IMG/VR virus record: IMGVR_UViG_3300043399_000676
Length of the DNA stretch: 64,000 nucleotides
DNA from: a virus
Lineage: Duplodnaviria > Heunggongvirae > Uroviricota > Caudoviricetes
Reading direction: 5' to 3' (one strand)
A program made the position numbers and the translations under genes. The notes beneath the pieces were generated by a model. The model had not been told where the DNA came from, did no database searches, and saw only the letters and a list, made by a program, of their open reading frames with translations. How positions within the stretch are numbered: position 1 is the stretch's first letter; each line of letters opens with the position of its first letter. This document shows positions 29,106 through 36,744 of this stretch, piece by piece.

Positions 29106-29513
29106 TATTAGTCCTTTCAACTTTTCTTGTACAATGTCAAAGTTTACTGTATTAAATAATCCCGGATGCAGAGGCCTAGGATAGATATCTGTATCTATCC
29201 AGCAGTAACCACAATGCTCTCTATTCAACTTGGGAATAAACTCATTTTTGACCTTGCAGAAGAATGTGTGATATACAAATGAATTGTTTACAAACTTCTG
29301 TATAGGTATTAACTTTGCTCTTTTAGGAAAATAGTTCATTTCTTCCAAGCATTCACGTTCAATACCTTGTAACAAAGTTTCGTCTTCATCAATTTTCCCC
29401 CCCGGTAAACCCCAGTTACCAAAATTTCTAGCATCATTTCGCAGTAAAAACAAAAATCTATTAGAGGAAGAAGAGTAGAAGAACACACCCGCAGATGTTC
29501 TTGTAGTTTCCAT
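29091..29513 (-). CDS. Nudix hydrolase
   Basis: Nudix box GGKIDEDETLLQGIERECLEE. Confidence 0.9.
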   Translation of the reverse strand: METTRTSAGVFFYSSSSNRFLFLLRNDARNFGNWGLPGGKIDEDETLLQGIERECLEEMNYFPKRAKLIPIQKFVNNSFVYHTFFCKVKNEFIPKLNREHCGYCWIDTDIYPRPLHPGLFNTVNFDIVQEKLKGLIGKAD

Positions 29514-29514
29514 A

Positions 29515-30891
29515 CTAAATCACTATACTGTAATCACCTGCTTCATATATACCTTCGTAAGATTTCATCCAGTTTAACCCGTCAAATCTATATTGAACTC
29601 CAGTAGTTAAGTTGGTGACAAACTGAGCAGCAGTTTGAGGTGCTGCGCTATCAAAGCTAACAAACCATTTTCCGCTATTACCATCAAATTCAATGATGTC
29701 ATTTGCTTCTGCAACAACGTCGCCCCAAGCAGAAAATTCTGTGTTTGATTCGTTGCCGATATCTTCAACTATCAAATATCGTTGCCCGTTTACAGCAGTA
29801 GGGAGTCCATGCTCTGGACTCTTTTGCAATGGATTGATCACGCTGTTAACTGCATCTAAGGTATTCTGAGGTAAAGTATCTTGATCAATGTTAAAAATTA
29901 ACAACCTATCATCATTTGGATTAAGTGCTATCGTGCCTACAATTTCTGTATCGAGGTTGGGATTTTGCAACCATATCTGAGACACGCCTGGTCTAATCGT
30001 ACCGTACGCATCTAATACACCTTTCCAGTACAATTCTGTATTTGGACTACTAGGCAATTCTAATGACTGATTAGTCTCGTTTAACGTTTGACTGCCGGGC
30101 AGAAGTTGCAACGAGTTCCCTATTAATAGTACTTTATAGCCATACGGTGTTATCTTTTGCCTTGTACCCATCAGTAAATCATCATCTTGCATATCATCAA
30201 GTGCATGTCCTTTAAAGATACTTGCAATAATCTTGTAGATAACACCAAGCTTTTTGATTTTGACTGCACTGCTAATCCATATAGGCATGTAAAACTTCCA
30301 AGACATTACGTCGATTGGATTTCCTGTTCCTACTGGAATACTCCTACTAGAGAAAGTAAGTCCGTCTTGGTAAACAACTGTTAAACTAGTCCAATCGATA
30401 AAGTTATCCGTGCTTTGCAGTTCTAAGCTAGGATTAAAGAGAACACCTAGTTGTTCAATTAACTCAAGTTTTTGTTGATAGTTAGTTGTCCAAAAATCCA
30501 CGTTTAATCTAAGAGTGTAGGGGACTGGCATTAAACGTTCAACTGTATATGCTTGTCCTTGTGTAGTTTCGTATGATTGTGTGGCTTCATTGAATGTTCG
30601 TTGTCTAATGTTTAATTTGTCTACGAAATAAGGGTCTTGAGTTCTCTTTTGATCATATTCTAATCCGCTAATATAGTAAGTAATCAGCGGAGCGCTTGGC
30701 AAGTTACTAGTGCTGTTATTTGCGATAATAGTAGCAGCCTGTCTGCTTGCGTCCCCATACATGATAGGAACTCTAACCAAAATATCATTTCCCTGTGGAT
30801 CTTTCCCTTTTGATACTTGCCAATTTGAAAATATTTTTGCAAATTGAATTAGAAAACGACGGATTTGATTGTCATAGAAGTAATTACTCAT
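29515..30891 (-). CDS. Tail completion/sheath stabiliser (T4 gp15-like) with C-terminal extension
   Basis: YFYDNQIRRFLIQF...RVPIMYG...PVPY.L...QK.ELIEQL pattern. Confidence 0.75.
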   Translation of the reverse strand: MSNYFYDNQIRRFLIQFAKIFSNWQVSKGKDPQGNDILVRVPIMYGDASRQAATIIANNSTSNLPSAPLITYYISGLEYDQKRTQDPYFVDKLNIRQRTFNEATQSYETTQGQAYTVERLMPVPYTLRLNVDFWTTNYQQKLELIEQLGVLFNPSLELQSTDNFIDWTSLTVVYQDGLTFSSRSIPVGTGNPIDVMSWKFYMPIWISSAVKIKKLGVIYKIIASIFKGHALDDMQDDDLLMGTRQKITPYGYKVLLIGNSLQLLPGSQTLNETNQSLELPSSPNTELYWKGVLDAYGTIRPGVSQIWLQNPNLDTEIVGTIALNPNDDRLLIFNIDQDTLPQNTLDAVNSVINPLQKSPEHGLPTAVNGQRYLIVEDIGNESNTEFSAWGDVVAEANDIIEFDGNSGKWFVSFDSAAPQTAAQFVTNLTTGVQYRFDGLNWMKSYEGIYEAGDYSIVI

Positions 30892-30900
30892 TGAGTGCCT

Positions 30901-32556
30901 TTAATCTGGTTGAATTTTAAGTATTGTTGAAAGCGCCTGCTTTTCAGGTATGGTAGTTCCATTTGTCAATACTGTTACGTTGCTGTTATTTATGAACGTA
31001 TTCAACTGCGATTGATTATTTGTGTCAGCATAACCTGTGTCAGTTCTAACATTACTGCTAATTTTCACCCAAATATTTCCGTCCCACCTAAAGAGCAACT
31101 GCGGTAAGTAATCAGTTCTTAGGAAGTAATCTCCTACCTTTGGATCAGTTGGGAACGAAGTCCCTGCTCCTGTTGGTAAACCATTCGGAGCAGTTCCATC
31201 CCCAGTTAAGTATCCATCTATATAACCAAAGTTCTGAGGAGTAGTCCTTGCTATAAATTTAAACCTAGGATCGCAATCTGCAAGATAATCCATTTGTTCA
31301 GATGGTTTACCTTTAAATCCTGCTTTTCCTATATCTTCATCAGCAAATGCAAAAGTATTGTCGGAAGTTCCAAACGGACCACTCATAGGACCAAACGACT
31401 TTGCTGCAAGCACTAAATCCCCGTGAACTGGACCTGACCCCGAGTCAGTCCTATCTGGAGCTTTTTCTGCAAGCTCTAAAACTGTCTCAAAGAATTTACC
31501 AATTGGAGTCATTCCTGATGCAGTCATATCCATCATATTTTTAAGTGCTGATGCACCTATACGAATAACTAGGCTTCCTTTGACATACCCCGGTGACCAA
31601 ATCTGAGTTACTGTACCTCTAGTTGGAGTAGGCGCACCTGCACCACTCACTACTATGTTTACTGGGCTCGCAGGTTGACCATTAAACGTAGGTACAACAT
31701 ACAACTGTTGTCTGTCGTATCCACTCTTTGGGACTAACCTTATCGCTTCAGCAATCGCAGCATCATTAATTTGAATATTTTTGTTGTAAGTAGTAAGCAA
31801 ATCCTTGAGGTTATCGGAGTCTTCTAACTTCCAATAGTTTGTGTCAGTGCAAGGAGTACCAGCAGGCACATCTTGCAATGGAGTATACACCTTGTCACCA
31901 AACGTAACTGTGTATCCAGGAACATAAGTTTTATTCTTGTCCCAATCACCTAGATAATTGTCTGTGTTAGTAGGTCTTTGTAGAATATCTGCAAACTCTT
32001 GACTATCGACAAGAGGTTCACATTTAACTCTCCATAAATGAGGATACCAAGTTGCGCTAAAGCCCTCACTTGCAAAGTTACAATCTGTAATTTGGTAATA
32101 CCTGCGAAGACCAATGGGAATCGATTCATTCATAGGATGAAAGTCAGTCAGGTGCGGTAGTTCTAATACATCACCAACCATTAACTTTCTTCCCAAGATA
32201 TCAATCATTTCATTGTAATGCACCGTGATGAACAAAATATCATTGTTTAAAAACAATCCAAATTGACTTAAGTCAAAATCTAAATTTTGAACATTGTAAT
32301 GCCCTCGAAGTCGATAGATGTTTGGGTCATATTTTCTATCCCTATTTTCCAAGAATAACAAATCTTGGATATTTGAAGGGTCTAACTTGTCATATTGAGG
32401 TTGTGTATTATCTACACTAGGATTTTCATTGTTAACACCCAAGTACTTATGTACAAATAAGTCCGTGGCGCCTACAGTAAACATCTCTCGTATCGTCCTA
32501 TCCATAAAACGATAGTCATTAGTTTTTTCTGAACGGTAAAGGCTTAATCTTGGCAT
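30901..32556 (-). CDS. Neck/head-closure protein (T4 gp14-like) with extensions
   Basis: FDLSQFGL...F.TVHYN...GDVLELPHL pattern, adjacent to the gp15-like gene. Start reassigned to MPRLSLY at 32556, after the late box at 32561-32566. Confidence 0.65.
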   Translation of the reverse strand: MPRLSLYRSEKTNDYRFMDRTIREMFTVGATDLFVHKYLGVNNENPSVDNTQPQYDKLDPSNIQDLLFLENRDRKYDPNIYRLRGHYNVQNLDFDLSQFGLFLNNDILFITVHYNEMIDILGRKLMVGDVLELPHLTDFHPMNESIPIGLRRYYQITDCNFASEGFSATWYPHLWRVKCEPLVDSQEFADILQRPTNTDNYLGDWDKNKTYVPGYTVTFGDKVYTPLQDVPAGTPCTDTNYWKLEDSDNLKDLLTTYNKNIQINDAAIAEAIRLVPKSGYDRQQLYVVPTFNGQPASPVNIVVSGAGAPTPTRGTVTQIWSPGYVKGSLVIRIGASALKNMMDMTASGMTPIGKFFETVLELAEKAPDRTDSGSGPVHGDLVLAAKSFGPMSGPFGTSDNTFAFADEDIGKAGFKGKPSEQMDYLADCDPRFKFIARTTPQNFGYIDGYLTGDGTAPNGLPTGAGTSFPTDPKVGDYFLRTDYLPQLLFRWDGNIWVKISSNVRTDTGYADTNNQSQLNTFINNSNVTVLTNGTTIPEKQALSTILKIQPD

Positions 32557-32560
32557 ACTG

Positions 32561-32599
32561 TATTTATCGGTTGACAATAAATCCTGTTTACTGTATAAT
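32561..32599. promoter_or_regulatory. Back-to-back promoters: late box on the minus strand (32561-32566) and early TTGACA-N17-TATAAT on the plus strand (32571-32599)
   Basis: Both match consensus. Confidence 0.82.
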
Positions 32600-32626
32600 G
32601 TTAAAAATCGAGTCAAGGAGCTATCA

Positions 32627-32863
32627 ATGAGTATGAATCTCGCGTTCGAAACTGTTCAGGGTCGTTACTTGGTCAATTTCCCCTTCCAAACCTCTACCGA
32701 TTTGTCTTTCAAAGTCTACCGCGCCACGACAAACCAACAACGTATTCAACTGATCGAGGAGCAGGTGAAAGCATGGAAATGGGAGAAACGAGACATTGAT
32801 CGAGTCATGCGTGAGGTTAAGGAACTCTTCAATGACCCTACTCTTCGTCTGGTCATTGTCTAA
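32627..32863 (+). CDS. Small early hypothetical protein
   Basis: Early promoter, AAGGAG RBS, GC-richer codons. Confidence 0.75.
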   Translation: MSMNLAFETVQGRYLVNFPFQTSTDLSFKVYRATTNQQRIQLIEEQVKAWKWEKRDIDRVMREVKELFNDPTLRLVIV

Positions 32864-32918
32864 AGTCTCTATATGTGTTTTGGGTAGGCCGTACTGAACA
32901 TATCACATTGTGATACGT

Positions 32919-33290
32919 TCAATCATAATCTACATCAGGTCGTTCAGTTATAACTATAACGGGTATAGTTTTAATACCCAATTCATATGTAGCCCTTAAC
33001 CTATGATGACCTTCTCGTACAATTAATTCATCACCTTCATAACCAGAGATTGCTACAACAGGGTATTGTCTCTTCCCAGCCTGTAGGAGAGATTTGATAA
33101 AATCTATTTGGGCGCGGTCTTTTTCTGTATTATAGCCCGGATCGGCTTCTTCCTCTTTTATTTGTTTGATAAATGTGGATATGGGATATGTTTCTACGTC
33201 ACTTATTTCAACGTCATCTTCAGTAACTCCCATCCAGTCCAACACATTAAAGATGTCATCCTCTTGTGGGTCTATTTCTCGTATCTTCAT
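32919..33290 (-). CDS. ParB/Srx-like domain protein (late)
   Basis: PVV...VREGHHRLRA...LG..IPVIV signature; late boxes at 33309-33318. Confidence 0.78.
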   Translation of the reverse strand: MKIREIDPQEDDIFNVLDWMGVTEDDVEISDVETYPISTFIKQIKEEEADPGYNTEKDRAQIDFIKSLLQAGKRQYPVVAISGYEGDELIVREGHHRLRATYELGIKTIPVIVITERPDVDYD

Positions 33291-33308
33291 ACTAATATTC
33301 CTTTGAAA

Positions 33309-33349
33309 TATTTATTTAGGTTGACATAAAATCCAAAGTTTGCTATAAT
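33309..33349. promoter_or_regulatory. Back-to-back promoters: late boxes on the minus strand (33309-33318) and early TTGACA-N17-TATAAT on the plus strand (33321-33349)
   Basis: Both match consensus. Confidence 0.82.
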
Positions 33350-33358
33350 GTCTTTACA

Positions 33359-33601
33359 GTGAAAAACAAGGAACAGCAAATGGCAACGTCGAAAACGAAT
33401 CTGAAGGTCTTCGCTGAACTGGAAGCTGCTTTGGTGGAATACGGTCTTGCTATGAAAGCTGAAGAAGCAGCCAAGAAAGTTTGGGAACTTCGCCGAACCG
33501 CTTCGAATGATCGTAAATGGAGCGAAGCGATGGACGTGACTGTCAAGGCTCGTAATCGTGTCGCAACTCTGTCGAGTCGCGTTGCTAAAGCTCTTGTTTA
33601 A
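33359..33601 (+). CDS. Small early helical protein
   Basis: GTG (33359) or ATG (33380) start; AAGGA RBS favours 33380. Confidence 0.7.
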   Translation: MKNKEQQMATSKTNLKVFAELEAALVEYGLAMKAEEAAKKVWELRRTASNDRKWSEAMDVTVKARNRVATLSSRVAKALV

Positions 33602-33622
33602 CTGATTCAAAAGGACAAAGCA

Positions 33623-33754
33623 ATGTCTGTCATCAAAGAAGCAATGGAACTGTTCATGGGTGCGCTCGTTCTGACTGCTATGGTCATCTACTACAGCATT
33701 CCGATCGTGGGCGTTTTTACCCTGCTCTTTTATGCGATCGGTCTCATTCATTGA
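33623..33754 (+). CDS. 43-aa early hydrophobic membrane peptide (not in the ORF track)
   Basis: MSVIKEAMELFMGALVLTAMVIYYSIPIVGVFTLLFYAIGLIH with an AAGGA RBS. Confidence 0.65.
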   Translation: MSVIKEAMELFMGALVLTAMVIYYSIPIVGVFTLLFYAIGLIH

Positions 33755-33763
33755 ATGTTTTGA

Positions 33764-33792
33764 TTGACTAGCGGGGATTCCTGCTATATAAT
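33764..33792 (+). promoter_or_regulatory. Early promoter with a palindromic spacer
   Basis: TTGACT-agcggggattcctgcta-TATAAT. Confidence 0.78.
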
Positions 33793-33819
33793 CGAAGCAA
33801 GTTCAACTAAAGGAAAAAT

Positions 33820-35070
33820 ATGGCTCGCAAAGCAAAAGTTCTCATTCCTGTCAGCAAGGCTCCCCGAGTCACTAAAGCTGAACGTGATGCAATTGTCAGT
33901 ACCTTTGTCAAGGCTCTGATCCCTAAGGACTTGGATGGCAAGTATCATGGGGATGAGCCTGCATTTCCTGTTCAACCTGAACCAAACGAACGCTCTATTC
34001 AACTGCTGAAGGGGTTCAATTGGTACAACTACTTCTTCTCTAAAAAGGAAGCAAAGCAACTGTTTCTCCAGTATCTCACGGAAAACAAAAAAACTGCTGA
34101 TGCGAAAGCTGTGGGGAAAGTCCCTGATAGTGAGTTCATCACCACTTATGGTTGGCTTGCGCGAATGACTTTGCGCGGCTTGGAACTTAACAAGGAAGAA
34201 CAGTCCAAACTCGATGCTGAAGTTGAACGTCTTAAAACGTCGCTGACTCAGGGAATCCAGCATTCCCAAACTGGTGGCAAAGGAGCTAAGAAAGTAGAAA
34301 AGCAGGACACTCCCGTATCTAAGAGGCCTAACGTGCAAGAGATCATGCGTGAAAAGGCTATGGAGGCATCTGGTGAACTTGAGGGTGTCTTTGATGACTT
34401 CCTCGAAGCGGGATGCAAGTCAAAAGCTACGGCAAAAACTGTGGAGCTGCTGACCAAATACACTGTGATGCCTCAGCACGTTCCCCTGATCGTTGACGTT
34501 TGGAAGCGAAAGCAAGCTGAATACGAAGAGGTTCTTCGCGGTAAAGATTCCCAACTGGTGGAAGCTTATTCGCATCGAACCAAAACTCAACTCAAGAACA
34601 TTCTTTCGTTCATCGAGTCTGTTTTGGGTGACCTGTCGAACTACGTTAATCTCAAGAAAGCTACTCGGGCTCCCCGCAAGCGTAAGCCTGTGCCTGTCGA
34701 AAAGCTTGTTGCAAAACTTAAGTACATGAAGTCGTTTACTGACGAGCAAGCCAAGCTCAATCTCGTTAGTGTTCACCCTTCCAAACTTGTTGGAGCAAGT
34801 GAAGCATGGGTGTATGATACTTCTAAGCGCAAACTGTATCACTTTGTTGCAGAAGAATATAGCAAGACGTTCAGTGTCAAAGGAAATACGTTGCTCGGTT
34901 TCGACTCCAACCAAAGTGAAATGAAAACGCTTCGTAAACCTGCTGAACAGTTGAAAGAGATTATGGGTGGCAAACCCGCTGCTCGGAAGTTCTTCAAAGA
35001 AATCAAAGCAGTCTCAGCGATTCCGAATGGTCGATTCAATGAATCTATGGTGATCTTGAAGGCATTCTAA
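33820..35070 (+). CDS. Early hypothetical protein, basic C-terminal domain
   Basis: Long ORF, AAAGGA RBS, own terminator. Confidence 0.8.
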   Translation: MARKAKVLIPVSKAPRVTKAERDAIVSTFVKALIPKDLDGKYHGDEPAFPVQPEPNERSIQLLKGFNWYNYFFSKKEAKQLFLQYLTENKKTADAKAVGKVPDSEFITTYGWLARMTLRGLELNKEEQSKLDAEVERLKTSLTQGIQHSQTGGKGAKKVEKQDTPVSKRPNVQEIMREKAMEASGELEGVFDDFLEAGCKSKATAKTVELLTKYTVMPQHVPLIVDVWKRKQAEYEEVLRGKDSQLVEAYSHRTKTQLKNILSFIESVLGDLSNYVNLKKATRAPRKRKPVPVEKLVAKLKYMKSFTDEQAKLNLVSVHPSKLVGASEAWVYDTSKRKLYHFVAEEYSKTFSVKGNTLLGFDSNQSEMKTLRKPAEQLKEIMGGKPAARKFFKEIKAVSAIPNGRFNESMVILKAF

Positions 35071-35086
35071 TCGAGTGTCCAAAAAT

Positions 35087-35114
35087 AAAAAGCCGAACTA
35101 AGTTCGGCTTTTTT
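35087..35114 (+). terminator. Intrinsic terminator
   Basis: AAAAAGCCGAAC-taa-GTTCGGCTTTTTT. Confidence 0.88.
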
Positions 35115-35150
35115 CGTTTTTGATAAATATATTCACACAGGAGTTTTTAA

Positions 35151-35558
35151 ATGAACAAAGTCCGTGAATATCAAGATTTATTCGAATCTATTATTTCAGA
35201 ACTAACCGAAGACTGGCAAAAGGTAAACAAAAAAGATAAAACTGACGGAATGAGCAGGAAAGCCGTCAAAGCATACCGCAGAGAAAACCCAGGAAGTAAA
35301 CTAAAAACCGCAGTCACTACTAAACCTAGTAAACTAAAAAAAGGCTCCAAATCTGCAAAGCGTAGAAAATCATTCTGTGCTAGAATGACTGGCATGAAAA
35401 AATCTCGGGCTAGTGCCAAAACAAAAAGAGATCCAAATAGTCCAATCAATAAAGCGTTGAGACGCTGGAACTGCGAGTCTGTAGAGAATCTAGAGCATTT
35501 GGTAAGGTTAGCCGAGCATAAAATAGAAAAACTTAGAAGGCAATCTTTGATCAGTTGA
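35151..35558 (+). CDS. Highly basic late protein (DUF6321-like module)
   Basis: YRRENPGSKLKTAVT...RRKSFCARM.GMK...NKALRRWNC; late box at 35124-35129. Confidence 0.6.
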   Translation: MNKVREYQDLFESIISELTEDWQKVNKKDKTDGMSRKAVKAYRRENPGSKLKTAVTTKPSKLKKGSKSAKRRKSFCARMTGMKKSRASAKTKRDPNSPINKALRRWNCESVENLEHLVRLAEHKIEKLRRQSLIS

Positions 35559-35573
35559 TCTAAACCACAATTG

Positions 35574-35618
35574 TTGCATTGAACGAATCCTTAGTATATA
35601 ATACATGTACTAAGGATT
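35574..35618 (+). promoter_or_regulatory. Early promoter (TTGCAT-N17-TATAAT) with its -10 in the loop of an RBS-sequestering hairpin
   Basis: AATCCTTAGTA (35586-35596) and TACTAAGGATT (35608-35618) form a perfect 11-bp stem. Confidence 0.78.
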
Positions 35619-35622
35619 TTTT

Positions 35623-35817
35623 ATGGACATAGACAAAAATTCAGTTCAGGAAAGAATGGCAGAGTTGATGCAGTTGATAGATAACTCTATACAACTCATT
35701 GATTCTGAGGAAGAACTATTAATGTTAGCTTGTGCTATGCAGCAAAGAACGAGAGAAATATTTGATTCCGTTCTAGGGGTTGAGGGTAGAAAAATGATGT
35801 TTAAGGAACTTACATGA
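35623..35817 (+). CDS. Hypothetical protein
   Basis: ORF with AAGGA RBS. Confidence 0.72.
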   Translation: MDIDKNSVQERMAELMQLIDNSIQLIDSEEELLMLACAMQQRTREIFDSVLGVEGRKMMFKELT

Positions 35818-36224
35818 CAAAACAAATTGATTTAAACAAATACAAGGACTTCGTCCAAGCAGTAACAAGTGAAGCCAGCAATGACACAGAGGTATTTATT
35901 GCTAGGGTTCGTGAGCTTAGTGCCTTGGGCGTAAATGTCCCTCTTCTAATGACAGGTGGAATCGGACTGGCAAGCGAAAGCGGCGAGTTTAATGAAATCG
36001 TCAAAAAGATGCTATTCCAAGGTAAGCCATACAATGAAGACAATCGTTTTCATATGATGCGTGAACTAGGTGACATTGGTTGGTACTGGATTAATAGTTG
36101 CAGAGCACTAGGATATGACCCTAATGATGTACTAGCAGAAAACGTACACAAACTGGAATCTCGTTATCCAGGTGGAACGTTCGACGCATTCTATTCAGAG
36201 AATCGCAAAGAAGGCGATCTGTAA
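35814..36224 (+). CDS. mazG: MazG-like nucleoside triphosphate pyrophosphohydrolase
   Basis: GLASESGEFNEIVKK and ELGDIGWY motifs. Confidence 0.88.
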   Translation: MTKQIDLNKYKDFVQAVTSEASNDTEVFIARVRELSALGVNVPLLMTGGIGLASESGEFNEIVKKMLFQGKPYNEDNRFHMMRELGDIGWYWINSCRALGYDPNDVLAENVHKLESRYPGGTFDAFYSENRKEGDL

Positions 36225-36229
36225 TTCAT

Positions 36230-36251
36230 ACGGGCAGCAATGCCCGTTTTT
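36230..36251 (+). terminator. Intrinsic terminator
   Basis: ACGGGCA-gcaa-TGCCCGT-tttt. Confidence 0.8.
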
Positions 36252-36254
36252 CAT

Positions 36255-36630
36255 TGATCAATAGGTAATCATACACCTGGGAGTATGACGGTAATCCGCC
36301 CTTACAAGTGAGGCGGTAGCGGGTGAGATCAACACCAATTTACGGGACTACCCTTTGATGCCTAAACGTCTGTCCAATGACAGAAACGTTTCCCGTATCT
36401 TAATGGTTGAAGTTGCCGAGTCATAGTAATAGCGATAGAGGGCTCGGGCTGGTTGGGACTACCCGATGAACAATGTTCCAGCATAACAGCGCATATGGCA
36501 AATTCCTATATGGTTGGCGAGACATAGACAATCCTCCGCCGTGATTTTTGAATTCATCGTCGCATCTTTTATAGAGCCTCAAGAATGATGGGTTTTATTT
36601 TGGCGAGTAGATCATATCTACTCGCCTTTG
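36255..36630. ncRNA. Candidate large structured non-coding RNA
   Basis: ORF-free ~380 nt in an otherwise packed genome, visibly GC-richer, with at least 8 consecutive or nested helices ending in a 10-bp terminator-like stem (36602-36626). Family not recognised. Confidence 0.6.
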
Positions 36631-36684
36631 CCTAAGAATGATGAAAAAGAAAAAACAACACCTGAATAAAAAATACACTTAAAG

Positions 36685-36736
36685 TTCCATTAAATAAATA
36701 ATGTTAACTGATTAACATTCAGTCTTATTTAAGGAA
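36685..36736 (+). promoter_or_regulatory. Late boxes (36691-36700) inside an RBS-sequestering hairpin
   Basis: TTCC-a-TTAAATAA pairs with TTATTTAA-GGAA; inner stem AATGTTAA/TTAACATT. Confidence 0.65.
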
Positions 36737-36744
36737 ATAAAAAA

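Noticed and set aside
30901-32616. ORF-track start at 32616 for the neck gene (and 38942 sheath, 55748 GroES, 58669, 9573)
   Set aside because: These extensions run through promoter sequences. Downstream starts fit the RBS or promoter positions and the expected N-termini.
33784-34914. Antisense ORFs of 184 and 164 aa over the 33820 gene
   Set aside because: These are shadow frames from the same codon bias, with no initiation signals or motifs.
36283-36326. c-di-GMP-I (GEMM) riboswitch because of GAC...TCCG...GGTAGCGGG
   Set aside because: It lacks the GCAAA / GNRA tetraloop-receptor elements I would expect, so the resemblance is partial. An Rfam scan would settle it.
36255-36630. tRNA, tmRNA, RNase P or group I/II intron assignment for the structured region
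   Set aside because: There is no TTCRA T-loop with a cloverleaf, no tmRNA termini or tag frame, no GAGGAAAGTCC, no paired P7 elements or domain V, and no interrupted host gene.
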